From assembly GCA_964036045.1 (NCBI GenBank), contig OZ038379.1, positions 52,576,001 through 52,640,000 on the forward strand: a stretch of 64,000 nt of DNA, in the 5' to 3' direction. This DNA is from Eutreptiella sp. 'Long Island Sound 2002'. Its lineage: Eukaryota; Protista; Euglenida. Under the pieces are notes generated by a model, which searched no databases, had not been told where the DNA came from, and was given only the letters and a program-made list of their open reading frames with translations. A program made the translations under genes and the position numbers. Below are positions 13,501 through 25,173 of the stretch, one piece after another. The stretch's first letter is position 1; every line of letters begins with the position of its first letter.

Positions 13501-15301
13501 GCACTCTTACCCGCAGGCCCACTGGAACTATGCCCGTTGTATCCCTTGTTCAAAATGTAATCCCACCCCACATGCATCCCCACTCTCGAGCATGGCATAA
13601 GAGTCCTCTTCTAGGAACAACAAATAGTGTGACCCCGACTCCCCGCACAGTGTTCCCGACACGCAGCAGCAACAGGTCGGCACAAAGGGCGTGGCACAAC
13701 CGGAATCGGCGAGTACAAAGTGCGTAGCAATTTTCGCAGCCCTACAACCGCTTGCCACATGGGGTCCTCCTCGACGTATGCAAGCAGCGGTGCAATCTGC
13801 TCCCAGGCCCAGAACACGTTGCGGGCCTCCTCCCCGTCCGGTGCGTTGTGCGCCCCCAACCGCACGCCACACCGGCTGCGGTACAGAATTTTTTGTACCT
13901 CCCCTGCAACCTCAGGGGGAGGATTTCCCACCTGGGCCTCCAGGAAGGCCACGAAGAGCCTCCCGAAGGCCATGCAACGGTGCAAAATGCACAAAAATAC
14001 CCGGTTTCCGGCTATGACCAGCAACGGCTCGCCGGTGCATCCTGCCGCATCCAAACTTTTGCGGGTCACCAGATAGCGACGATGATTGTTCGCATCCGAC
14101 CGTGTTATCCTCCGAGCAGCGACGCCATTCCAACGCTTGGCCGTGTTGTCACGCACGGCCTCGTTGAAAATGCTCCCCACCTGGGGAACCACGCCGATGC
14201 CCAGTAGCCGCCGGAGCGACGGCTGGTCCCCACCAAGGAGGAACGCTGCCGGCAACCAGCTGTCGCACCAGTAAAATTTTTTGCAGTCAATAATTGACTG
14301 CAGGACCTGTGTTCATAAAAGGTGTTCATAATTCGTGTTCATAAAACGGGTTCATAATTCATAAATCGGCAGCACGGCGTTTTATGACGGCAGTTTTCAA
14401 ATTGTGAACGCGCAAATTATGAACAACTTATGAACACGAAAATGCAGACTACAAACCTGTAGCACCTAAGCCCAAATTTGGCCCAGGGCAACCATATCAT
14501 TGTCCCCCGTGGCGGCCATGCCGATAACCCATAGGAAGGCGGGTGTGCGCGCCTTTTCTCCGTGGTTTAATAGCCCCACCGATAGCTGCGACCAACCGCC
14601 ACGGGCGCAAGGATACCCGTCACCCCGCACCACAAGGGTGAGGGGGCGGGTCCAGTCAATAGACTGGCATAGGGCTGGCCGGGATTGCACGTATTGTGCC
14701 CACGACCCCAGGGGCCAGCGGCGATCCGACGATGGGGGGTCGGCACATTCCACCGGGGGGGAGAACGCAAGCGGAGCGGTCAATGACTTCCACGTTGCGT
14801 CAAGTTGGTCCCGTGTGGGGATGGGCCGTGGGAAGGGCAGCGGGCGGTGTAGGTGTCGCCCCGGCGAGTGATGTACTCAGACAACACGCGGAAGCCGGAC
14901 CGGGGTGCACTCAACTCCAAAAGGAGCCCTATAAAATAGGGTGCGGGAAAGAAGGCCTCCGCATACGTACGGATGGCCTGCACCTTGGTTTTGTGGACCG
15001 CTGGGAGCGGAGCGTGGTCCATTGCCTCCGTAAAACGGGCCCGGATGAGGGGGGACGATGACATCCATTGGGCCAACAGGCCGGAACACTTGCTGTCCCG
15101 AAGACTGGTGGCACCACTGAGCCGAACAAGCATCATGTTCAGCTCCGTGAAGACGGAGGGAGGATAAGACATACCGAAATCCGTGGACAAAGAAGCGTTC
15201 GTAAAAGCTGTTCATAATTCATGGTTCATATATGAACCGTTTATATATGAACCGTTCATATATGAAAAATGAATTATGAACCATACTACTTTTCACACAG
15301 G
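10531..15301 (-). mobile_element. Element X: 4.8-kb TIR transposon, TA TSD, CCTGT...ACAGG ends, spliced Transib/Chapaev-like transposase plus accessory ORFs
   Basis: Imperfect ~27-bp TIRs CCTGTATGAAAGGTAGTTTTGTTCAT / ATGAACCATACTACTTTTCACACAGG; TA at 10529-10530 and 15302-15303; transposase motifs VVRGDG, LLGGDQPSLRRLLG, LCILHRCMAFGR, DGEEARNVF, HYLLFLEED; TTCATAA/TTATGAAC arrays. Confidence 0.8.
13209..15190 (-). pseudogene. Element X transposase (DDE, RAG1/Transib/Chapaev-like core), multi-exon and disrupted
   Basis: ORF pieces 14780-15190, 14466-14783, 13611-14255 and 13209-13598; a motif array at ~14310-14440 separates two of the pieces; putative D1 (RGDG) and D2 (GGDQ) visible; catalytic Glu region frameshifted. 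Confidence 0.65.
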
Positions 15302-15303
15302 TA

Positions 15304-17125
15304 CCTAGGGAGAGCACAACCAAGCCCCCAATCAGTAGCTTGGATGCCAACGGGCCACGGCAGCTCCAGTGCCCCAACCACTGCAGGGTCAAAATACCCC
15401 AAAGCGTACTCCAGAGCCGTGGCTAGCCGGCGCCACCGCGCCCACCAAAGGAAGTAGGGGACGTTGGGGGAGGGGTGGAGGAGGCAGCGCCCCCCCCCCC
15501 GCCACAGGCTGTGCCACCGGTGACCCGCCTACGCGGAGTCGCGGAGGAGGCTTGCGAAGGTCTTCTCGACTGCCTCAACCCCTCCCCGAAGCAACGGTTG
15601 ACCTTTAGGCATGCAACAGGTCTGGGCAAAGGCCATGACGAAACGCACCCAAGACCGTCCCCACCCATAGACCGGCCTTCGCACCTCTCGATGACCGCCC
15701 AATTTGGTCGTCACGAATAGGACCACGGAGTCCCTTGCCAGTCATGCTGGGAGTTCCCGGCGCCGCGGGTCAGTATGGGACAGACCACGTCAATTCTCCA
15801 CAGGTACGTCTCAGCCGTTCGGGATGCTGAGGATGTCCAACTGCTTCCGGATTGTGTGCGGGCCATCTACTAGAGATTTGCGAAGTCGAGCAAGCCCACG
15901 CCCGGGCAGCCGTACCTGGAACCATACTGACTCCGTCTCCTCTGGTCCAGAGCGTCATCACCACAAGAGCAAATTGTGGCAGCTCTTGCTTGCCTCGGTT
16001 GGTTGCTTTTTCTAAGTGTGTCTGAAGCGCTGTGCATCACAGCGTGTCATCAAGCGACGACCGCGGTGCCCTCGACCCCTCGAAGCCAGCAATGTGGACA
16101 ACACAAATCGGTACCTCGTACGGGATTTGGGTGCCCATCCCTGCACGCCCACGGCTGCCACCCGATACGAGCCCACAGCCGCCATCACCATGGCCGGGCA
16201 GGCCGTCGCCGCCCTAAAGGTCGGCCCTGGAGCATGGGTGGGCCCAGCACGTAGCTCCCCGCGACCAACTGCGAATCCGAACACCAGCAGGGCCACCCCC
16301 ACCCGGTCCGGCTGCAGAGGTCGAGGACCAGTGGGGGCATTGGAAGTGCCAATGCCTCAATTGCTCTCGCGGGACATTTGCTTTGGTGCATCTGTGACAG
16401 TCACCCGATGGCCTGGCGGATAACGGTATCCACCTCCCCTTCTTCGACACCCAATGAACGACGCTATGTCGCATGGCGACGTCGATGCCCTTATACTTGA
16501 AAGACGGACAGCCCCTCTAGACGGCCTCCGACCAGATCAACGCATCCAGCGAGTTTGCTGGGTCCGCTCGGTTGTTGTCATCCGACACATAGCGTCGGGC
16601 ATACGTGTGCCGCGAGTCGAGGATGATACCCCACAGCCTGCATGATAAGCGGTCTCCTCGTGGACATTCCATGGTGTTGCCCATGACATCGGACGGTCGA
16701 AGTGGCGCAACATCAACCGAGCGCACGTGGTCACGCAAGGCTTCGCCCGACTGCCTCATCCAACTTGCCACTCTGTCGCCTCCCAAGAAATGCTCCACTG
16801 CCGCCAGGCTCAAGTCCAATACAGCCTTGCGCTAAGCGACTACCAAACCCTCCAAGCGTGCCTACAGATGTCCAATGCTTCCTGTTGAGACTGCAGAAAA
16901 GCTCTCATCTCATCCGCAGTCATCTGCATGGTGTCGAGCACTGCCGAGCCGCTCCCAGGGCTCGATAGGTCTTGGTTGGGGCCTTTAGATGACGAGCTTT
17001 TAAAAGGGGACTTAACGACTTGCATGCTGCGTCAACAATGACACAATAAATTTTCAACAAACCTGTACACAACAGTAGATGTGATCCCCTTTTCAAGAAA
17101 GACAAGTGGGCAAGTAAAACAGGGG
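15304..17125 (-). pseudogene. Degenerate tyrosine-recombinase retrotransposon remnant (RNase H then YR)
   Basis: KIYCVIVDAA (RNase H start), YVSDDNNRADPANS (RNase H end), WAPKSRTRYRF (YR N-terminal-like), SFGGRGGAG...LQWLGHWS (YR C-terminal-like); 17047-17125 is also homologous to 7079-7156. Confidence 0.5.
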
Positions 17126-17149
17126 TTCATGTGTTGCTGGGGGTCCGCC

Positions 17150-20100
17150 TACACGGCCGTAACGGGCCGCCCGTCCCCCCGGCCCATCCCCACTCGGGAG
17201 AAGTTCGTGGACACGTGGAAGGAATTGGCCACCCCCCTTGAGCTACCGCCACCTGTGTCCATCCCCGACCCCCCTATGAGTGGCCTCTCTTGGCCGCTAC
17301 AATCGTGGGCCAAGTACGTCCAATGGCGTCCCTCGCTAGTGGACCACATTGACTAGACAAGGCCCCTCAACTTCATCGTGCGTGGGGATGTGTACCCATA
17401 CGCCGGTGGTAGTTGGACCCAACTCTCCATCTCAACCACGGCGTACGTGGCCACACACCCGTGTACTTGTGGGTGATAGGGATGGCCGTGTGCGGGGACA
17501 AGAGCATGGCCACACTAGTAACGAAATGGGCCGGGAACTCGCAAGCTTTTGGCCCATTCGTTGTTTGTCAATGTTTGCGTTAATTTCTCAACATTAATAT
17601 CTGGTTTTCGGCCAAGATTAACACCGACTGAAAAATTAACTTAACCTTAATCTCCAGAAACTAATCCAAATATCAACCAATGTCTTTTGCAAAGGTATTG
17701 CCGTCCATACCCGAGTGCAAGAAGTTTTATGGCGTTGGGGGTCTCCACCTGCCGCCCCCCGAGGAGTCAAGCAAAAACTCCTCGGATAGGCCGCGGAGGG
17801 AGAAGAAGGAGAAGAAGAAAAAGAGGAAGGAGAGGAGGGAGAACGGGGCAAGGAGTCAAGGAGGGGCCAGCCTGCCGGGAGGGGGGGGTGGAGGAGAGGG
17901 GGGGAAGTGGTGGACGCGGGATTTAGGGACGGTGCTGGGGACGGGGACACCGAGGGAGAGGAAATTGAGCAAGTGCACCACCCCAAATGCAAGCCCCCCG
18001 CCCCCAGTGGCTCCTCAAGGCCCTGGGCCCCACATGCGCTACCGCTAGGATGCCGGGGGCGGTCGCCTGCTCAGCCCGGGATCGTGAGCAAGGCCGCGCA
18101 GGGGACCAGCCAGTTTTATCCTCCCCCCACCACAACCACATGACGGTCCTAAGGATTTTCCGTCGGCGATTGCGGTGCCTCATTAGCTGTCACGGCGAAT
18201 CCAACGGCACATGGGGGAAGGATGGCATCAGTGGGGGGATTTGGGTCTACAAACCCCACTGTGGAGCCCCCCTCTACCCCCTTCCTGAGGAAGGCATCAG
18301 TGTAGGCAGTTTGCCTGCCGTCAATTTGCTTTTTGACCCACGCCCTTTCCGTTTCCAAACGGCCCATTACTCGGTGCTACTGCAGCACTGGTGCCAGCCG
18401 GGGTAGCGCTAGCAGTGGCGCCGGGAAAAGGCCGTCTTGTTCGGGCCGATGTGGGCCACAATCCTGCCCCTGCCCAAGCCAGTGCACGACCCTGGGTGTC
18501 AGGCCTCCTACGAAGGGGTGCTGCCCAACACCTAGCTTTTCAAGGGGGCTGTGAAGGCCGCCAACACGGCAAAACCGGCGGCCCCAGCGCGCGAGGCTGC
18601 CAAACCGGCGACCCCGCTGAGACCCCCAGTGCGGCATCGCTGTTCCGAGATGCCATGGGGGCGGTGCAGACGCAAGGCACCCAGGGAGCCTTCGAGGTAT
18701 GGTGCCTACATGTAGATTAGATTTTAGGTCGCGGACGTTATTTTCTCGAGATTAATAAATAATTCTTGTGCCGCTGCTGCCCATATTAAAAGTTAAAGGT
18801 TAATATTAATGTCGAAAAATTAATACATTTGCCGCAAAAATTAACCTTGTCAATGCTCTTTTTGTGTGTGTTTTTTTAGGTTGTGGACGTTCTGGTGAAT
18901 GCCACACACGCCAAGCCCGTCCGTTTAGCCTGGAGAGATGCGGAGGGCACCCCGGAAGTACCCCCGGGTGCCCTTCATCAAATAGTGTCCCGAGATCCAC
19001 CCTTGGGCGTTGCCATCCTTCGTGGCCTACGTGCTGACGTGAGTGAGAGACCGTGTGGGCGGTTTCCGACTCGTGGGTCACGCCCAACGACAGGAATGCC
19101 AGGGCGCTCGCTCTTCTTCGCCGTGGTATCCCCCCCATCCTTTGGGGGGTCGGCGGCCTTGGTGGGGGGGGGCTTGTGGGCGGTGGTGGGCTTGGGGGCG
19201 GGCATGGCCTTGGAGGCCTTTGCGGGGGGGGGGGGGGTAGGAGGGAGGGGGCTTCCTTGGTCTTTTTGGCCCAGGGCATCGCCCCGTCATCCGACTCGTT
19301 GGACTCGAAGGCGAAGCGCTTTTTTTCCGCGGGGGGGGGGGGGGTTGGCTTGGAGTGGGGGTTTTGGAGTGGTGGTGGATGCCCCCGCCTCCTCCTCGTC
19401 GCTTACCCCACCGCCTCCCATGGCCCCCCACAACTCTTCACCCCCCGTATAACCCACCTCCGGCATGCGGGCTCAGCGGGCCGGAAATGACGCGCATGGT
19501 CGCCCACGTTCCCTACGCCTCAAAGAGAAGGGCACCGTGCACGGTGTCCATGGGCGGAAGGGTGGTGCTGTTTGGGTGGAATACCCAGGCAGCACCACCC
19601 TTTCCAAAGTGGCCTGGCAGCTCTCCTTCCCCACCGCCGAGGAGGCCGAGCGGCATGCGCAAGATGCCCAAGGGGGGCAAGGGGGCAACAAGAACCCCAA
19701 GAAACCCCCCCCCCCCCGCCCCCGCAAATCAAGAGACTAACCCCCCGACTAACCCCGTAAAGGACCCGAACTCACCCACCGAACCCACAAACCCAAGTAA
19801 CCCCCCATCCGGACGCACAAAGATGTGGGACCCCGCTACAGGGCCCCATGAGGTGTGAGGGCCCACATAGGGACCCAATAGGCCACAATGCCCATGCACA
19901 TCACGCATGCACGCTCACACAGTGGGTTCCATGACTTGTTGTGCCATTGTAGGGAGGGTTAATATTTGCGGCAGTGGGTTAATTTTTGGCAGGTTAATAT
20001 TAACGCCGGCGACTCATTAATTTTCAGTTTCTCAAATATTAATCCAAAAATTAAAATCAAAATTAACGCCGAGAGTCATTTTAACATTGTTTTTACAGCC

Positions 20101-20280
20101 ACACTGGTAGGACCCCCCAACCAAACCCCGGGTGAAAATGACACCCAAACCCGTAAGGCAACCCGTGGGTGTCGTCATTTGCATGCAAAACCCCTTTACG
20201 CCCTCAAAAAAGCTGAAACTTTCCGTTAACGTGTTAATTTTTGGTCAGATATTAAGAGTTTTGGTTTTAACTTGGGTCAG
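17150..20280 (+). mobile_element. Element Y: truncated relative of element X with TTAAT/ATTAA arrays
   Basis: WPLQSWAKYVQWRPSLVDHID*TRPLNFIVRGD aligns by eye with X WPLGSWAQYVQSRPALCQSIDWTRPLTLVVRGD; shares the FE|VVDV intron (18697-18879); arrays at ~17570-17680, 18720-18860, 19950-20100 and 20220-20280; termini not resolved. Confidence 0.6.
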
Positions 20281-20735
20281 GCAAAAACATGGGGGGAATG
20301 AAAGGTTGTTTGGCTGCAGATTCTGTACATTTGGGGTGCTTGGGTGTGGCATAGATTCTCTTTATGGGAGGCATTGAGACTACTGCGCGGTGCGCGTGGT
20401 GTGGGTCCGCACCCCAACACTGCTGCCCATACGTCTGTCGACGAGAACGGGGCACGGCGCAGACACAATAAATGCAACCAGCGCCTGAAAGATCATCTGG
20501 AGGCACATCTTCAGAGCGAATGCTTCAAATAAAGCGCCACCCTTGGGACTGACCTCCTCATACGCATGTCACCTCCAAAGGTATGCCCACAACTTTTTAA
20601 ATATCGGTTCGACTTCTTCTGGGCGCCCTCCGATAACCACCCCCCAAAAGTAACAAAAAGGGCCTATGGTTTATAAAGGGGCCAGCGCTGTACAGCTCAT
20701 AGGACCTCAAGCCACCCAACCTGGACCCACAAAAC

Positions 20736-21189
20736 CTGTGCAGCACCGCGCACTCGCGCAGGTAGTCAGCGATGTGCTGAACCCCATAGCTTGTGATGCC
20801 GCACCCACTGAGGTCCAGCGCGGTGATGTAGACGTTGCTCCGGAGCGCGCTTGCCAGCACCGCACAGGCGCTGTCGTCAAGGGTCGCACGCTTGGCCCGG
20901 GGAGTGTCCTCCACAGGCGGGCGCAAGTCGAGGCGCCGCAGCGTCGGAGCGTTGGCGCGGATGAGCGGGATTGCCCGCTTGAGCGCAAGCGGGTACCGGT
21001 TCATGAGCACCGCCGCTTCCAGCGCCTTAAGCGCCGGCAGCGTCACTTTGTTGGCGCCGCTGCAGTCCAATTCCGTCAAGACATCATTGGCGTTAAGGGC
21101 GGCGATCAGAGCATCGATGCCGACATCCGTGATCGCCTGGTTCTGGTACAGATTTAGGCTGGTGAGGGCCTGATTCACGTGCAGAATAC
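20736..21189 (-). CDS. LRR protein exon 5 (gene continues; next exon not found)
   Basis: Acceptor TTCTGCAG|GT completes a phase-1 Gly (FLAG|ILHVNQALTSLNL); best donor CACAG|GTTTTG (phase 2), alternative GCG|GTGCTG 10 nt earlier; ITALDLSGCGITSYG repeat. Confidence 0.85.
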
Positions 21190-21475
21190 CTGCAGAAGGG
21201 AGAGTCATTGGGGCGAGGCACAGAATCATGAAGCGCTGGGGCTGCAGCGTCGCCGATTAGAGACACCCCCTGGCTGACGGCATATCGCTTGAACAACTCG
21301 TGGGGGTATGACGTGACATTCAATGGAATGTGCCGCTCAAGCGCGAGCCCGGCGGTCGAACGCTGAGGATTGGACGAGATCACAAGCGGGTGGCTGGCAC
21401 TCGTCAGTCACCGGGGGTTGGGCCCCAGCCGCCAGCTGGGGGACAGCCGAGAGGGGGGGCAGGGGGGTGGGGGGG

Positions 21476-24400
21476 CAGAGCTGTTTTACTATGCACTCCA
21501 ACGCGTTGGAGTTACTACGCTACTACATTACTACGCACTCCAGAGCGTAGTAATTTACTACGCACTGGAGTTTGTAGTAATGTGGTAATTTACTATGCAC
21601 TTGGGTGCATAGCAACGTGGTGACGTAGTAATTCACTGCGCATTGGAGTGCGTAGTAACGTAGTAACGAAGTAAGGAGTACCGTAAAAATTAACCAGGCA
21701 CTTACTACGTGTATTAAGTGTGTAGTAAGCCTAGTAAGTGCATAGTAAATTTAATACATGCATAGTAAGTTTAGTAAGTGCATAGTAAGTGTGCTAAGTG
21801 TGTAGGAAGTGCGTAGTAAGTGCGTAGTGAGTGTAGTAAGCGGGTATTGCTTGCCCTCAATGAATTTCAATGCTGTGTAGACATGTCATCAGGATCAGCA
21901 GAATAATGGGATGTCATCAGGAGCAGCAGAATAATGGGAAGGAGCAATTGCATTTGAATAATACAAGATGTTGAATCATGATCAACAATTTGTGAAGACA
22001 GTGAGCACACTGAAGATGGGGCCATTGAAGACTTGGGAGCAGTGTTCAGATAGTTTCCAAAAATCTGGGTACCCACCGTGAAATCCTAGTGTTTCAATGA
22101 CAGTGACATCGACAACCACATTGACAACATTGGCAGTGACAGTGACAATCACAGGTCTGTTGGTTGATAGTTGGTTGCCTGTTTGCTTTGCCCTGTGCAT
22201 GCAAGTGCATCATTCAGTGGGGTCACCCCTTCAGAGTGGGGAACCTAGTCTGTGTAGTGTCGACCGCCAACTGTCTACCCCCCCCCCCCTCTCCTTGCTC
22301 TTGGCTCTTCTGCTCTTTAAAAGAATGAAACGGGGGCCTGCAGCAATGTCTCTTCTGCCTGGAAAACAATTTTTTGCAGGAGCACGTGCTATTTTCATTG
22401 TGGCATTTTTTTCCAATTTGTTAAATGACACTGTGTGCAGGGCTGGTGCCTGGGCTGGTGCCTGGGTGGGGTGCGAGAGGTTTTTCACCGCGTGTGGGGG
22501 GGCCGAGAGGACGCTCGGGCACCAACAAGTCAAGGAGAGCGAGGCTAAGGGGTACATTGTCTTACTTCAAACTTCAGGCACCCCATACAAGCCTCTCGGT
22601 CCCTCCCCTGCCGGCAACCCCACTTGCTTTGGCTTTGTAAAGGAATTGGTTCAGGAAAACCTCAATATAGGCCACAGAGTACAGAATCATTGAGCTGCAA
22701 CATTATGCAAACCCCCTGCCCCCTATGTTGTGTTGTGCTGTGTCGTTGCACTTTGCTTCCCCCAGTATTCTTGTGATGCGATTCCTTCTCTTCGTGTTGC
22801 TTTGCGCAAGATTGAATATCACAGTCTATGGTGACATAGAGCGGAACCGAGAGTTTTCTTCTGCACCATACAATGAACATGGTCGAATCCAGAAATAATG
22901 CCAACTGTGTTTCGTGTGTGCTGATCCTATGGCTTCAAGCGAAGGGATTTTTGTTATACTTTCCTCAAACTGTGCCCACCCACTGCCAAACGGAGCCTCC
23001 AAGCCCAACCGCAGCCCAGCCCCCAGCCCGAAGCCCGACCTTCGACCACCGCCCACCGGGACCCAGGACGCACAACTATCTCAACACTGCTTGGGAGACT
23101 TTGAAGACTTTGAAGATGCAATGGTATTTTTCAAGACCTAAGCAACTCACAATTTGACTTGAAATTGGATGATGTTTTGTCAATTCAATGGTACGTAATG
23201 TTGCGTTATTTGTGGCCTTGTGTTATTCAATGCACTTCCATGTTTTATTAAGGTGTGAGGTTGAATGTGTTAACTGTGGGTGGCCCTTGGATTCCTCGGG
23301 GCAGTGCACAAAGGGCCGCATGTGCGTCAAATTTGTCGTGCTCATTTCGATGACTATGGTCATTGCAACTGTGGCTGGACCATTTTTGAGAAGCCCTACC
23401 CCCCCCACCCGCAGAATATCCGCGCACCACATGAAAGCGGTGAATAGTCCGTAGACACTGTGTGCTACATGTCAACTCGGTCTGCTAATTGTAGACATTG
23501 TGTGCATGTTGTAGACACAAAGTGCAAATATCAAGGAAGAGGCCAAAAGCCCCCTTCAAAAAACCGGTCCTACTCCTACATGTACCCGCGCAGCACAGGA
23601 AGGCGGTGAGTAGTCTGTAGACACTAGACACTGTCTGCTAATTGTCGACCCTGTGTGCATGTTGTAGATGCAAAATGTCACTATCAGGGAAGGGGGCCAA
23701 AGGCCCCCTTCAAAAAACCGGGTGTGGTCCTACGTTTACCTGTGCACCACAGGAAGGCGGTGAATAGTCTGTAGACACTGTCTGCTACATGTAGACACGG
23801 TCTGCTAATTGTAGACAATGTGTGCATGTTGTAGACACAAAGTGCAAATACCAAGGAAGAGGCCGAAGGCCCCCTTCTAAAATCGGTCCTGCTCCTATGT
23901 TTACCAGCGCAGCACAGGAAGGCGGTGAATAGTCTGTAGACACTGTCTGCCACAAGTAGACGCCGTCTGCTAATGGTAGACACTGTGTGCATGTTGTAGA
24001 ACCGAAGTGCCAATATTAGGGCCCCGAAGGCCCCCTTCAAAAAACCGGGTGTGCTCCTACGTTTACCCGTGCACCACAGGAAGGCGGTGAATAGTCTGTG
24101 TACACTGTCTGCCACAAGTAGACGCGGTCTGCTAGTTGTAGACACCGCATGCATGTTGTAGACGCCAAGTGTAGTAAGTGCACAGTAACCGTAGTAAGTG
24201 CGTGGTATTTTTGGTAAGTGTGTAGTAAGTGCATGGTGCATGTATATTATGCGTAATAAGTGCACAGTAAGGACGTAGTAAGCATAAGTAAATCGCAAGT
24301 AACTGTGGGGGTACTTTACTACGTTACTACGTTACTGTGTTACTAAGCTACTACGCTACTGTGTTACTACGCTATTACGTGACTACGCACTCCAACGCGT

Positions 24401-24543
24401 AGTACCGTAATACCGTGGTAAAATATTACGCCCTTTTGTGTGCAGTAACGTAGTAATGTAGTAATTTACTACGCACTGGAGTGCGTAATAACGTCGTAAC
24501 ATAGCAATTCCAACGTGTTAGAGTGCATAGTAAAACAGCCCTC
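21476..24543. mobile_element. 3.07-kb foldback-type non-autonomous element in LRR intron 4
   Basis: Ends CAGAGCTGTTTTACTATGCACTCCAACGCGTTG / CAACGTGTTAGAGTGCATAGTAAAACAGCCCTC are inverted; ~350-bp TACTACG/CGTAGTA arrays at each end; flanked by G runs. Confidence 0.75.
23437..24160. repeat. Tandem ~160-bp minisatellite, about 4.5 to 5 copies
   Basis: GCGGTGARTAGTC anchor at 23437, 23603, 23757, 23922 and 24084. Confidence 0.9.
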
Positions 24544-24854
24544 GGGGGACCAGTTCCTTCAAAGACCTCCTGCTCTGTGCAAAGGTGCCCCTGGAATATG
24601 CCCTATGCACTCCCTGCGGGGCATCCGCTTTCCCGTCACAGGAGGCCCGGGATGCACCACACGACTCGCCTTGTCCGTACAGCCGACTGCCTCGCCGTGC
24701 GCTCACAGAGGTCGTTGCATCGCCTTATCGCGCCGCCTGATACCGCGACTGCAGCTGCGACAATTAGAGCAGCCAGGGGCGTCCCTTAAGACTGAGTGTC
24801 ACACGCCAGCAAGGCAGCACCTGCGGCCGGCATTGGCTGTGCACTGTGGTGTAC

Positions 24855-25173
24855 CTGCCAAGAAACGTACTCCACGGTCTGTAAAATCCTGAAAGCTGAG
24901 ATTTAGGGTCGTCAGGTTGGTGTTGGCCTGCAACACTTGGAAGAGCAGCTCCGCACACAAGTCATCCAGATTCTGGAGCTTCGGAGGCGCCGGAGGGACA
25001 CAGGCGAGCGCCTGGTCCGCAAAACTGATCTCCGTCAGGGTCTCATCGTTGGCGCGCAGTCGCGGCAGCAGTTTCTTGAGCTTCGTGGGGACACGGTTCA
25101 GTGTGATCGCATTTTTCAGCTCCGTCTCCATTTTGGAGGACAACCCATTGCCCGAGAGGTCCAGCTCCACCAC
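24855..25173 (-). CDS. LRR protein exon 4
   Basis: Acceptor TCTCTCAG|GTG, donor GCAG|GTACAC (phase 1); 319 nt; VVELDLSGNGLS...LTTLNLSFQDFTDRGVRFLA. Confidence 0.9.

Noticed and set aside
21860-21895. Hammerhead ribozyme core CTGATGA...GAAA on the minus strand (also near 34125-34165)
   Set aside because: Stem II has only about 3 bp and stems I and III do not form; a covariance search would be needed
23684-24298. 204-aa repetitive ORF
   Set aside because: Read-through of the ~160-bp satellite; unit lengths are not consistently multiples of three
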